This document shows positions 1 to 12,466 of a stretch of DNA of 64,000 bases, in pieces. Every line of letters begins with the position of its first letter. Within the stretch, counting starts at the first letter, position 1. The stretch spans positions 36,394,001 through 36,458,000 of the forward strand of contig OX597816.1 of the NCBI GenBank assembly GCA_951406725.2, written 5' to 3'. Source of the DNA: Octopus vulgaris. Lineage: Eukaryota. The notes beneath the pieces are model-generated. The model was not told the DNA's origin, searched no databases, and saw nothing but the letters and a program-made list of their open reading frames with translations. A program made the position numbers and the translations under genes.

Positions 1-260
1 GCGGTAAATTCGCCACAATAGAAGCAAGGTTCGAATCAACGGAGCGTGCAAGGGAGTACTCGACTCGAACTTGCAAAGTGGAAATATTTTATTTTCACCT
101 TGATATCTGAGACGTAGGACGTCCCGGCAAAAATTTTAAATGCCTTCCCCCCCCCCGAGTAGAGGTAGGCTGGATTGTAGCCACACTTCTATACAAGAGG
201 GTGGACAAGATACAATTGATCGAACTTACAAGAGACGGCCTAAAAATTCCAGTCTGTTAT
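1..260 (+). mobile_element. Possible decayed L1/Tx1-like ORF1 fragment
   Basis: Broken frames give STRLELAKWKYF and, with a frameshift, PEVEVGWIVATLL; weak resemblance only. Confidence 0.25.
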
Positions 261-384
261 ATATTTTGGGTATTGTTATCACTAGCGATATCAAGATATA
301 ACTTTGTATTTTGTATTTTATGTGTAGATGTATATATATAGATGTACATGTAATATTTACACATATATACACATATATACATGC

Positions 385-426
385 ACTAGCACTATGACCC
401 GGCAACGACGGGTCTTTAATGCTAGT
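385..426 (+). mobile_element. Minimal Helitron-end relic
   Basis: ACTAG...GACCCG-gcaacga-CGGGTC hairpin, then tttaatg CTAG-T; resembles the Helitron 3' end at 40762-40789. Confidence 0.5.
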
Positions 427-435
427 ATATATATA

Positions 436-505
436 AGGCCAGCCAAAGCCTTGTGAATGGATATGTAGACGGAACTGAAAGTAGCCTGTCGTGTAGGTGT
501 GGGTG

Positions 506-546
<41 letters not shown>

Positions 547-583
547 ACTATAATAATTTTGATAGATTTCGGCCAGTATACGC

Positions 584-645
<62 letters not shown>

Positions 646-838
646 GTATGTATGTATGTATGCATGAGTCTGTGCTTTTGTATCTGTGTTTGTCTCCCGC
701 CACCACTTAACAACCGCTGCTGATGTGTTTACGTACCCGGAACTTAGTGGTTCTGAAAAGAGACAGATAGAATAAGTACCAGGCTTAAAATATATAGTAA
801 GTACTGGAGAAGATTTATTCGACTAATAATTCTCCAAG
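436..838 (+). mobile_element. SINE family A, 5'-truncated diverged copy with internal (TA)n/(TG)n
   Basis: ccaaagccttgtgaatggat...gacggaactgaaag and gatagaataagtaccaggctt match copies at 34901 and 49113. Confidence 0.85.
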
Positions 839-1199
839 CCATATATACATATATATAATTATATTGCATTTCCTTTCGAAAAATTATGGAACTACTTCGA
901 CGTGTTCAGTTTGAACCCTAGACGCTAGTAAATGATATGATTTAAAGAAGAAAAAAAATTAAATAATTATGTTGTATTAGATAATTCTTTTATGATATAC
1001 ATTAATACCACAAATAAATTAAGGCACTCAGAACAAATGAAAAGAGTTATTTAAGAATATAATAGAAATGAGAAATATATGAAATAAGAATATACATGAA
1101 AATATAAGCGAAAATTCAATATATGGAGTAATATATCGAATATAAGAAAGATTAACTGAAAATTAAAACTTTAGAATTAAGAGTTAAAAATTAAAAGTT

Positions 1200-2640
1200 A
1201 GAAACCTTAATGAGGAATTTAATAGCCAGAGAAATACCTTTGTTTTAAGATTTCGAAAAATATAACGAATTATAATAGCAGGTTAGATGTATGACTATGG
1301 CGGTTTCAGGAGTCCATTTTCCTGGCAAGATTTTATTAATCACGTATAGAAAATGTCCCCTTCTTCAGAAAAAACAGAGAGCAGGCTTCGAAAGACAATA
1401 CAGAGTAAAGAAATTTCATTTAAGGTTACATTATAGTGGTAATAAGTTATGGGGTTAGATACTGACTATTTTTATAACAACTTGGTTAGGCATGATGGAA
1501 AAACAGAAACCTAATGAAATTATGAATTATTCTAGATTATAATGAATGATAAATGATAAATTAGAATACAAATGTCGTTATTTATCATTTCGTGCTTTAT
1601 TGAGCTTCATGAAAGCTGAATGAAATTTGTGAGTAAATGAACGAAGCGGATCGGAAAATTTATTTAATATACATCAATCATACAATCTAAGAATTTATCC
1701 ATAAAAGCGTTATGAGGGAGGACATTCGCTATTATAGACCACAGTATTTTAAAATTAATATTACTACCTTTTGGATTATATATATGCGTGGCAGGAGTTG
1801 TTGAATGTTTTATATTTAACACTAGTAAAAGAATTTAAATGGGTTCTCTATGTTTTTTTGAAGTCTATAGTACTACCTGTATAAGCTCTATCATGGTATT
1901 TATCTGATATAGGGATGACGCACTCCTTGCTACTATCGGATTATCTAAACAGGGGATAGAGAGAATTAAGAAATCATTAAGAATATCCCTCTTATAATTC
2001 TTTAATCTTAATATAGTATATGATAGGAATACTAAAGTCGTAAACTTCTTGGACGATACATTAAATCTTAATACAACACTTCATTACCCTACCGTAAGCA
2101 CAATGAAATGATACAGTATATTGATATTTCCTCAAATCTTTCTAAATTTACCATTAACAGTTTAGTCACAGCTGTATTGATAAGGATTTCCAATCTTTCG
2201 TGTAGTAACGAAATATTCAATGAGCACGCACCTATCTATAATTAAGCCTTAAAATTAAGCGGCTTTAGCAAACAAGTTTCTTATATACCAGATCCTAAAA
2301 TCAAAGCAAAATCATCTAACAACTCTGATTCTAATTTCGAATCAACTAAAATGGTTGCCTAACTGGAAAATATAAGGAAAATTAAGCCTTTGGATAATCA
2401 TATTAAACCTAATAAAATAGGACTCAACAATAAATACAAATCCTTTACGCATGCACAACATAATACGTTTAAATAATCTAAATCTACCATGTAATTAGGT
2501 TTGCTCCATCCTTCTATTTTGATGTTAAAAACTTACCTAAGCTATTCATCAAAATCCTAAGATATACTTTTCGAAAAAAATGACAAATATTATACAATAT
2601 GTAACAAATCGTCTCTAAAATTGTCGTACTGCACGCTAAA
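1200..2640 (+). mobile_element. Decayed Penelope-like element RT/thumb (Naiad-like)
   Basis: YRDDALL at 1908, then IERIKK, KVVNFLDDTLNLN, PYRKHN..YIDISSN, IRISNLSCSNEIFNEHAPIYN*ALKLSGF, KLSYC; stops and frameshifts. Confidence 0.85.
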
Positions 2641-3124
2641 TTATGGTGAAATCTAAACTTTGATGAAACAATGATACAGATCATATACAATTTGCAAGAA
2701 AACTTGAATGAATTCGCTGTAACTACATTGTCAATAGTTCTATGATCTTTTACAAAGATTATGAAAAGATGGTGTAATTGACCCCTAAACAGGCACTATA
2801 CAAAGCTCAGTAGCTCAGTCTATTAAAGGTTTTCTGTCCTTTTTACTTGTTTTGTATTGCATGCTTTACTTATCAGGTTCCACAAAAGGAAATCAACTTT
2901 TCATATAATTACTTGCTTTGTATTATTTACAATAACAACGGGCAATTATCAAATAATTATTAATTAAATCAAGCATAAATTTCTATCTACAACACAATGT
3001 AAACTCTAAAATACCACATGCATGCAATTAATCCATTTCAATACATATTTAGAAATACAAATCTTTAATTGGGAGGCAATTGTTAAATCTACCTAAAAAT
3101 TTTAATTAGCATGACAAATCCAAG

Positions 3125-3350
3125 AATATACATTATACATGCATATATATATATATATATATACACATATATACACACATATATATACACGCGTATGTCC
3201 ATGCGTGTGTGTGAGTCTTTGTGTATGTGTGTGCGTAGATGTGTGTATGTGCGCGTTTATGCATGTGTACATATATACATACATACATACACATCCATAC
3301 AATCGACCTACGTATACATACAGATATATATTCATGTATATATATATATG

Positions 3351-3390
<40 letters not shown>

Positions 3391-3452
3391 TGTATATATA
3401 TATATATATATATATATACATGCATATATATACATACATATATACATATATA
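3125..3452. repeat. Compound (TA)n/(CA)n/(TG)n microsatellite truncating the MULE ORF
   Basis: Read directly from the sequence. Confidence 0.95.
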
Positions 3453-4357
3453 CCATCGAATTTTAAGACAGAATTCAAAGTCCGTATTGTATTTTGCTTT
3501 GAGGCGTAAATCTGTAATTTTTCGAAATACTGATTGGCTCAAATGAAACAGACAGGCCACGTCATATGAATTAGGGGACGATGAATTAAATGCCTTATGA
3601 ACTACACCTTCAAACTCTGCCATGAGATCAAACAGATATGAATTAGGTTACATAATTTTCAATTGCTCGAAAAATAATTCCTATGTCTGCTTTGCTTTAT
3701 TCACCAAAGGCCCATGGAAGACCGCTACGTTTAACTTGAACACGAACAATAAACATTTGAAACCACTGTTCCGGCACAATTTTGAACGTTGCAACACATG
3801 CCTAATGTCAGTATGATGCTATATCCAAAAAAGCACTTAATGATGCAAATACTAGTACGCGCTGTTGTTCTCGATACCCGATTCGTATCTCAGAATCTAA
3901 TCACCATTATAAAGTTTACAATATTCTTCAGGTATTTCAAAATCATTTCTAGACCCCGGATTGGCGAGAAATGTAGAAAAGTTTTGTCAGCACCTTTGAA
4001 TAGTCCTTAAAAGTACAGAAAAACGAGAACATTGAGAGCAAGTATTTTCTGTTAGCTGCGTAAACTTAGCCGCTATTATACTACGCGAACTTGCTATATT
4101 TTCCACCACTTCATGCTTTATTTCTGAAACTGCCTTCCTTACACTTAACGAATGCACATCAGCTGGATGAAGGTGCTCACTATAAACATAAATAATTTTC
4201 GGCTCGCTGGTTTCTGTTACCATGTGATTCTCACAGCCTTTTTTCTCACATCTCCAGTATTCATTGCCTAGATTTGTATTGCTCGAATGAAAATCGTAGA
4301 TGTAATTACTCTCAACTACATTTCTTTTGATTTTGTCGATACTATGAACTTTGCCAT
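3453..4357 (-). pseudogene. FLYWCH-MULE (Mutator/Phantom-type) transposase relic
   Basis: NYIYDFH..EYWRCEKKGC..EHLH (FLYWCH), H*ACVATFKIVPEQWFQMF (DGTF motif decayed), AEFEGVVHKAF..ACLFHLSQSVFRKITDLRL (CxFH motif). Confidence 0.85.
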
Positions 4358-4587
4358 TACGGGATGGGTATATCTAAAATGTGCCCACCAGATGTGCCTC
4401 ACTCTCTATACACAGCACCATACTTAAGATAGAGAAGGAAAAATATAAAGTAAAACTGTTAACAGAGAAGGAAAAAGAACGATAATAACAATCCTATAAC
4501 GAGGCTCGTTATAACGAAGCTCGTTATAGTTCTGTAAATATATCGCGAGATATATTTGACCTTGTTTTCGAAAGAGTTTATTTAAGA

Positions 4588-4713
4588 TTGGATAAAAAAT
4601 CAATGGACAAAAAATCACGGGATAAAAATACGTCAGACCAAAAGACGTAGCCGAAAAGACGTAGCCGAAAAGACGTTTGATGAAGTGACGTCGGACGAAA
4701 AGAGAGAACACCC
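4588..4713. repeat. Eight 14-15 bp subterminal tandem units, probable MULE terminus
   Basis: ttggataaaaaatca / atggacaaaaaatca / cgggataaaaatacg / tcagaccaaaagacg / tagccgaaaagacg x2 / tttgatgaagtgacg / tcggacgaaaagaga, then gaacaccc. Confidence 0.7.
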
Positions 4714-4829
4714 TTCTTGACTAAAGCTGCCTCTACTCTATTTCTTTCTACTGCTAGTCCTCTGCTAACACTTATAGATTCTATTTTTATTATCTGCTTA
4801 ACTAACTCACTTATTTGATCTCTGATACT

Positions 4830-7298
4830 TAGTCAAAGAGATGATTTGGCACAATAATAGAAGAGTTGAAACAGCGTATCATAGCAAGCTCTCGAGATAT
4901 CAGAAAAAAGTAGATAAGTATAAAAAAAATAGATTATTTCAGACAGACCAGAGGAGATTTTATAACCAAACAAATAGTGGAGAACTAAGTTCTGAAGATG
5001 AGAAACCTAATGAAGAGGAAGCTAGAAAGTTCTGGAGTAATATTTGGGATAAACTGGTCTGTCGTAATGGAGATGCAGCATGGTTAAATAAAGTGAGGAA
5101 AGAAGTAATGAATGAGGAGGAGCCAGATCTAAAATTAACTAGTGCATTAATGAGTAAAGTGTTAGGGAAAATGTCGAATGGGAAGGGCCCAGCACCAGAT
5201 TTATTTCAAGGGCACTGGCTAAAAAATTCTGTAGTTTACATGGGAGGCGCAGGGAACAACTTCAGGATTGCCTTAATGGTGGCATATTATCAGATTGATG
5301 ACCAGAAGGAGGGCAATAATCATTATGAATGATAAGAGCAAAGGTAATACCGCTAGAAACTATAGACCAATTCCTAGCTTGCCATTAGTTTAGGAGCTAT
5401 TAACAGGAATGCTTTCAGAAAGCATCTTGACAACCAGAATTTGCTACCAGAAAAACAGAAAGGTTGCAGGAAGATGGGTAGATGAACGCATGGTCTATTA
5501 TATATATATATATAGACAAAGCAGTTCCAAATGAAATAAAAGCTAGAAAGAAAAATTTAACGATAGAATGGATAGGTTATGGGAAAGTCTGTGACATGAT
5601 CCTACACTCATGGATAAGCGAATATCTATCTACGTATATTCAGTATAACATGCAACATAAGATAATAGAGTAGCTTTAGCATGAAGTAATGGGAAGTAGA
5701 ACTCTAACCAGGTGTCACAATCTTACGAAAAGTTAATATCAAAGAGGAATTTTCCAGGGGAATGCGTTGCACCCTTCAATATTTGTCCTATGTTTCATCG
5801 CCCTCAGTTTAGTATTAAGGCAAAGGCAGGGTATCAGTTCAGAAATATTGAGCGTAAATTTAACCATTTGCTATATATGGATGATATGTAGCTTTTTAGG
5901 AAGAGTGAAAAAGAGAGGTTCTTTGATACAGAGAGATTTCCCTGATACAGACTGTAAGACACTTAAACAAAGATATAGGCATAGGATTTGCCATAGATAA
6001 GTGTGCAATATTAGTCATGAGAAGAGGATAGGTAATCAACTGCAAATGCAACCAAGTACTAGATGGCCAGACATTAAAATCATTGAAAGGATAGTTTTAA
6101 GTGCCTAGGAGTATTAGAAACTGACAGAGTATTCCATACAGAAATGAAGGCGGAAATTGAGAATGAGTACATCAGAAGGGTAAGGAAGCTTATGAAGACA
6201 AAGCTTGATGGTCCGAATCTGGTGAGGATTGTAAATACGTGGGTACTATCATTACTTAGATACACAGAAGCTTTTGTAAATCGAACAAAACATGAACTAG
6301 CAAAGCTAAACAGAAAGAGTGGGTAGAAATTCTATATCAATGGACGATTCCATCCAAGGGCAGGTGTAGGAAAATTATGCCTACTTAGAAGTTAGTGTGT
6401 GGAGTTAGCTAGAGTAGATATAGCCTCATATGTAGGTAGGAGTGAAGAAAATTTATTATAAGCTGCTAGAGTCACAGGAAGATATGGGAAAACCAAAACA
6501 CCAAACGAATTTAAAAACAAGAAAAAGAGCAAAAAATTATCTGACTGAGAGAAGGCATTGAATGTTAGATTCCTAAACATAGTTTCAGCAAATAATGGGG
6601 TGACATGGTTAGGGCTGGAGAAACGAAAGCTGAAGAGGCAGAGAGAAAGTCCTTTAGTAGCTGCACAAGATGAAACATTAAAGACTGATTAGATAAAGCC
6701 GAAGATAACCAAAACTAAGTAGGTTCCCAATATAAATTATGCAAATCAAAAGTGGAAATGTAACTTATTTAGTAAGTGAATGTAACATGCTGGCAGAGAA
6801 AGAATACAAAAGAAAAATCTAGGGAGAGCAATGCGCTGGGCGCTCTGTAGAAAGCTAGGATTTGAACATACTGATAAATGGCATGAACACGAACCTAGTA
6901 AAGTACATTCAAACTGAGGCCCAATTTGGTGATAGTAGATAAAGAGAATAAAAAGTACCATAGAATTGACTTTGCCGTCCCAAATTATGAGAAAATTAAT
7001 ATGAAAATATAGCAAAGTTGCAGGAACTACCGATTGAATTGCAGAGACTATGGAAAGTGCGGGTAAAATGTATCCCAGTAGTTATAGAGGCTTTGGGAAC
7101 TATCTCTGAATATCTGAACTGTTGAACAGGCATAAAACCCAGTTAATAGGGATAGCTAGGATACTTAGAAGGGTCCTTGAGATCTAAGGTTAATTGTTTG
7201 AACCCAATAGGAGGGTTCTTGGCATCTGAGGTTATTTGTTGTAGCCCGATTTTAAGATTTCCCTTTTCCAGCAGTCTAATCTGTTGAGTATATATGAA
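4830..7298 (+). mobile_element. Dong/R4-clade non-LTR retrotransposon (RT + restriction-like endonuclease), 5'-truncated and decayed
   Basis: NRLFQTDQRRFY, KFWSNIW, GPAPD..QGHWLK, NYRPI, QKGCRK, GIFQG, NHLLYMDD, FKCLG, AAQDETLKT, PVVIEALG, RRVLEI*; ends directly in (TAA)n. Confidence 0.9.
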
Positions 7299-7913
<615 letters not shown>

Positions 7914-8300
7914 AAAAGGTATTTGAGGAGAGATCAGGCTCTAAGAAGCTCAATAGCTGTACAAGAATTTGTACAGATAGAAGGAAAAATCCTAGTAGAA
8001 TATTTACCGAACAGCAAAGAGAAACCCTATTAAAGACTGTGAATAAAAACGGTGAGTAATACGAGAAAAGGGCAAGAATGAAATACAAAGAGAGCACGTA
8101 ACTTCTGCATGGCCAAATTTGGTGTACCATTGAAGATGTATATGGAACAAAATCCTAAGCTTGTTTAAAAATCGCCAATTAAAAAAAAAACAGATACTAA
8201 CGGCAACAGTTCAAGATCAAATGATGAAACACAACTTGAGAAATCATATATATTGAGTGATATATGTAGTGAATGTGTCAGAAAAATGTATAGCTTATTG
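7914..8300 (+). mobile_element. Dong/R4-type internal fragment
   Basis: EFVQIEGKILVEYLPNSKE, LLHGQIW, TVQDQMM resemble the post-RT region of the same clade. Confidence 0.55.
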
Positions 8301-8319
8301 AGAAGTAAAATACAATAAT

Positions 8320-8737
8320 AATCCTTTTTACCAAAAGTATACGGCCTGAAATTTGTGGAGAGGAGACAAGTCGATTACATTGAACCCGGTGTTCCACTGG
8401 CATTTAATTTATCGACTCCGAAAAAATGAAAGACAGAGTCTACCTCTGTGGAATTTGAAATCAGACTTTAGCGACAGACGAAATACTTCGAAGCATTTCG
8501 CCAGGCTTGCTAACGATTGAGTAAAATCGCCGCCTAAAAGATAATAATAATAATACTGGTTTGAAATTTTGCCACAAGGGCAAAAGTTTTGGCTGGGAGT
8601 ATAAATCACTGGTACTTAATTTATCGACCCCAAAAGGTCATCGACCCCGACGGAATTTGAACTCAGAATGTAGCTGCGAGCAAATACCGCTAAACATTTC
8701 GTCCAACGTGCTAAGGATTCTGCAAATTCCCCGCCTT
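8320..8737 (-). mobile_element. Two diverged SINE family B copies in tandem
   Basis: actggtacttaatttatcgacccc...ggaatttgaactcagaa...gaaatac motif occurs twice; matches 59310-59542. Confidence 0.8.
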
Positions 8738-8776
8738 CTAATAATAATTGTAATAATAATAATAATAATAGATATT

Positions 8777-8807
<31 letters not shown>

Positions 8808-8835
8808 TTATTATTATTTTTTTTTTTTTTTTTTG

Positions 8836-9034
8836 TACTTGTTTCAGTCATTTGACTGTGGCCATGCTGGAGCACCGCCTTTAGAGTGGTGAAAGAGTAC
8901 AGCAGGGATCACCACCTCCTGCCGGAGCCTCGTGGAGCTTTTAGGTGTTTTTTTCGCTCAATAAACACACACAACGCCCGGTCTGGGAATCGAAACCGCG
9001 ATCCTCCGACCGCAAGTCCGCTGCCCTAACCACT
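8836..9034 (-). mobile_element. SINE A 3' tip joined to SINE family C 5' half
   Basis: cttgtttcagtcatttgactgtggccatgctggagcacc (A tail); minus-strand tRNA-like head tagtggttagggcagcggac...ggtttcgattccc, matching 60028. Confidence 0.85.
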
Positions 9035-9203
<169 letters not shown>

Positions 9204-9580
9204 AGTTGTAGTGAATAAAAAAAGAAAGAACTTGCGTGATAATCGATATAGCATGTCCCGTCGACGATAGAGTCAAAAATAAATAGGAAGAAAACCTGGA
9301 CATGTAGGACGATTTGAAGTGCGAAGGTTGTGGTCAATGAGGAGAGTAGACGTGATACCAATTATAATTGGTGCACTTGGGAGTATCAACACTCAACTAC
9401 CAATATGGATCAAAAAGATTGGTACAAATGTAAAGATAGAACAACTACAAAAAACAGCATTCCTTAGAACTACAAGAATTCTCCGCAGGGTCCTTGATAC
9501 ATGAACAGTAAATAAGTGTCACCTTAGTCTGTTGGCTGTGGACACTTTCCATCATACCCATCAAAATATGCTGACGGCCA
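9204..9580 (+). mobile_element. Dong/R4-type 3' end (restriction-like endonuclease domain)
   Basis: TCVIIDIACPVDDRV, EVRRLWSMRRVDVIPIIIGALG, LQKTAFLRTTRILRRVLDT*; followed by (TAA)4(TAG)n. Confidence 0.9.
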
Positions 9581-9617
9581 TAATAATAATAATAGTAGTA
9601 GTAGTAGTAGTAGTAGC

Positions 9618-9687
<70 letters not shown>

Positions 9688-9689
9688 AT

Positions 9690-10267
9690 TGCTCTGGTGC
9701 ACTACCAGACAGTGGCTTCTGATCTTAACGTGGCTTCTGATCTTAACGTGGCTTCTGATCTTAACTGATTGGAAGTTTTATCATATACCTTGTTTTGTCT
9801 TCGTATAAAATATGGGCTACAGCAAATATTCTGCTCAATACCACAGAAATGCTTGTCAGCTGTTTGACCTTAACCAGTTGACCAAAATCCTTAGTGGCTG
9901 ATGATATGTACATCTCTGATCATGAGCAGTAGTGGGGGAGCATCAAGCCGTGGGTTGAAAGGAATTCTTGGAGGTTTGGATAATTCACCTTTGGAAACAT
10001 GGGTTGTTTGTTCAACATCCTTAAACAATTCTTATTCAGGGACCTTTTGAGCGGGATGGGCTACTCGACCAGAACAAAATTCTAACTGGGCCCCACATGC
10101 AAGGTCATGCGTTGTTTATCTTGATGAGAGATCACCATGTCGCGCACATATGGTTGTGATGCATGTACCTGGTACACCCTTATCAGACGGGTAGTCATAA
10201 TGGGTATACTGGGCTGCGTATATTTTACCCCAATGTCACTATGATGGTATGCACTGCTCTCTCACTC
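9690..10267 (+). mobile_element. ~580-bp non-coding interspersed element bounded by TAA-type repeats
   Basis: Complex sequence between (TAG)nTAA and (AAT)n, no meaningful ORF, internal 18-bp x3 repeat gtggcttctgatcttaac. Family assignment is inference. Confidence 0.5.
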
Positions 10268-10679
10268 AATAATAATGATAATAATGAGGAGGAGGAACAG
10301 AAGGAGAGGAGGAGAAAGAATGTTGTTGTTGTTGGTGGTGGTGGTGGTGATGTTCTTTATAAATCGCAAATGCTCGAAATATAAGGAGAGTAGCATGACG
10401 GTACAGACAGGTTAGTCTTGGTTTGCTTGTAAAAATATGTGATAAAACCGAAAACAAAAACAAAAATCTAACAATATATTAAAATGAATGAATATTCCTT
10501 AACAGCGGGGACGCAGATGAGAGACACTCGATTAAAACCCCATGAAACCTCATTCGCACTGCGCACTAGCACAGAATTGATAAGGTAAAGTAGTCAGTTT
10601 TTTGAAAGCAATTTAATCTTTCACAAATTGTAACAAATTCAATATTCCAGCTATCGAGAAAATACATTAATTAAAAAGT

Positions 10680-11420
10680 ATTCATTGGGAAAATTACCCA
10701 CAATGAATTATTGCAATGTATGCAGACTTAAATATTTTCGATTTGAAATTTACGATATTTATAACTCCCTCACTATATTAACATTATGTATTTTCATTCT
10801 CATTTCTGCTACATTCTCCCACTTATCCGTTCCTTTTCACCTTTTACTAGCTCCTTTTCCCTGGATATCTGTTTAAAATCTTATAAGCATTCACGTATAT
10901 CACATTTTTCTTCCTTTCACATTTCTCCGTATAAATATATTTTCTGGTTAAGTATAATCAATATATTTTTGCATTGCCGTGGTTTGTGTTGTTCTTATGT
11001 TCCATTCATTTGGAGAAATATCAGAAAATTGCTGTCACTTTGGCAAGCATAAACATGCTGTTTCTTTCTATTTTTATTTCCTATCTACTTAATCATTAAT
11101 CTATTTCCTACAGTACTGATCTCTATTACTGATTTCAATAAAAAATTAATTCGTTTTCTTTTCATATTTCATAATTTTTCTTCTTGCTTTTTCTACATTC
11201 ATTTGAGTTTTACAATGTTTCATCACGTTTGTTTCCACCTTGCTTTCTCTTATAACAATGTCGTAGATTCCAGCAGTTATGTGTATATTTTCTTAACAGA
11301 ATTCCACGTCTCAGTTGCATATTTATCATTGTAAATGTTTCAAAAGTAACCATCTTTTTTTCTTGTATTTATAATCTTATTAATTGCACTAAGTAACATA
11401 TGTTTTGGTTGTCTGAATAT
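10680..11420 (-). mobile_element. Possible highly decayed piggyBac transposase 3' half
   Basis: Minus frames give IYVNAYKIL and CIHCNNSLW, similar to the piggyBac IVNAYIL motif and Cys-rich tail. Confidence 0.4.
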
Positions 11421-12129
11421 TTTGCTGTTTCTATACAATGTTTTTGGTGCTGAACTGCAAAATTCTCCTAGTTTACACCCGTCACCGACATTTTCGGAAC
11501 TAATTTTGGTTTTTTATTGAGTCTAACCTAAAGTTAACAGTCATCACAATTACTATTTCCAACGTAGAGAGAAAACGAAATTCAATTCCATAAGTAATTG
11601 TTCAAAATGTTGCAAATAAATGTATTTAATGAATAAAATGAATAACAAACTCAGAAAAATGTGGAACATCTTTAAAACAGAATTAACAAGACAAATGTTT
11701 CACGATAAAAATTCAAGTTAACACTACAAGAAATGTAGTTTAAAAACATGCAACAATCTGATGGTTTTTTTTTTTTGTATTTGTTAAAGAAGCATTACGT
11801 CCTCCAGTCAAGATTCTGATAAATCCTAAAGACTCATGAACTACGGCATGCTATGCAAACGAACATTTCCCGATTCACCTCAGGTTTCAAGTTTGTTGTA
11901 TTATTTTCTGACTTCAGTATCACATATACTTGAAGTCCAAGAAATGCAAATTCCTTCACGTTAGAAAACAATAAAAAACGTTGCTTTTTTAATCCCATTT
12001 CATCTGATAACACGTTTATATATCCTTGAAAATGGTCTCAGTAATATTTCAATTTCCTGGCTGGAACTCCGGGCGTGGAAGTATGTGAATATACCATTAA
12101 TGATCAGTATTCTTAAAAGAACATGAGCT

Positions 12130-12466
12130 AATAAAATTGCTGCAGCTCGACTGGGATGTTTTACCCTACCCTCCATATTCCCCAGATATTAATCCTTCGG
12201 ATTTCCACTTATTCAGGTTTCTACAGAATAGTCTTAATTGCGAAAATTTCAATTCCTTGGATGACGTAAGAAGATATCTTGATACATTTTTTGCCATGAA
12301 ACAACCTCCGTTCTGGGAAGAGTCTATTTCCAAGTTAAAGGACAGATGGAGACGCATTGTGGATCAAAATGTTTCATATTTGGTTGATTAAAAATGTAAT
12401 GGCAAGTATTTATTGACCTTTTTCTTCCCTTTAAAAATCGGCGCGAACTTTCCAGACAACACAATA
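12130..12466 (+). mobile_element. mariner transposase 3' end plus right TIR
   Basis: WDVLPYPPYSPDINPSDFHLFR...DRWRRIVDQN; TIR-like aaaatcggcgcgaactttccagacaacacaata. Confidence 0.93.

Noticed and set aside
4588-4713. Short repeats resembling a CRISPR array
   Set aside because: No unique spacers, 15-bp period, eukaryotic context; fits a transposon end.
9890-10000. CTGATGA ... GAAAC as a hammerhead
   Set aside because: No stem II closing onto GAAA and no stem I/III complementarity.
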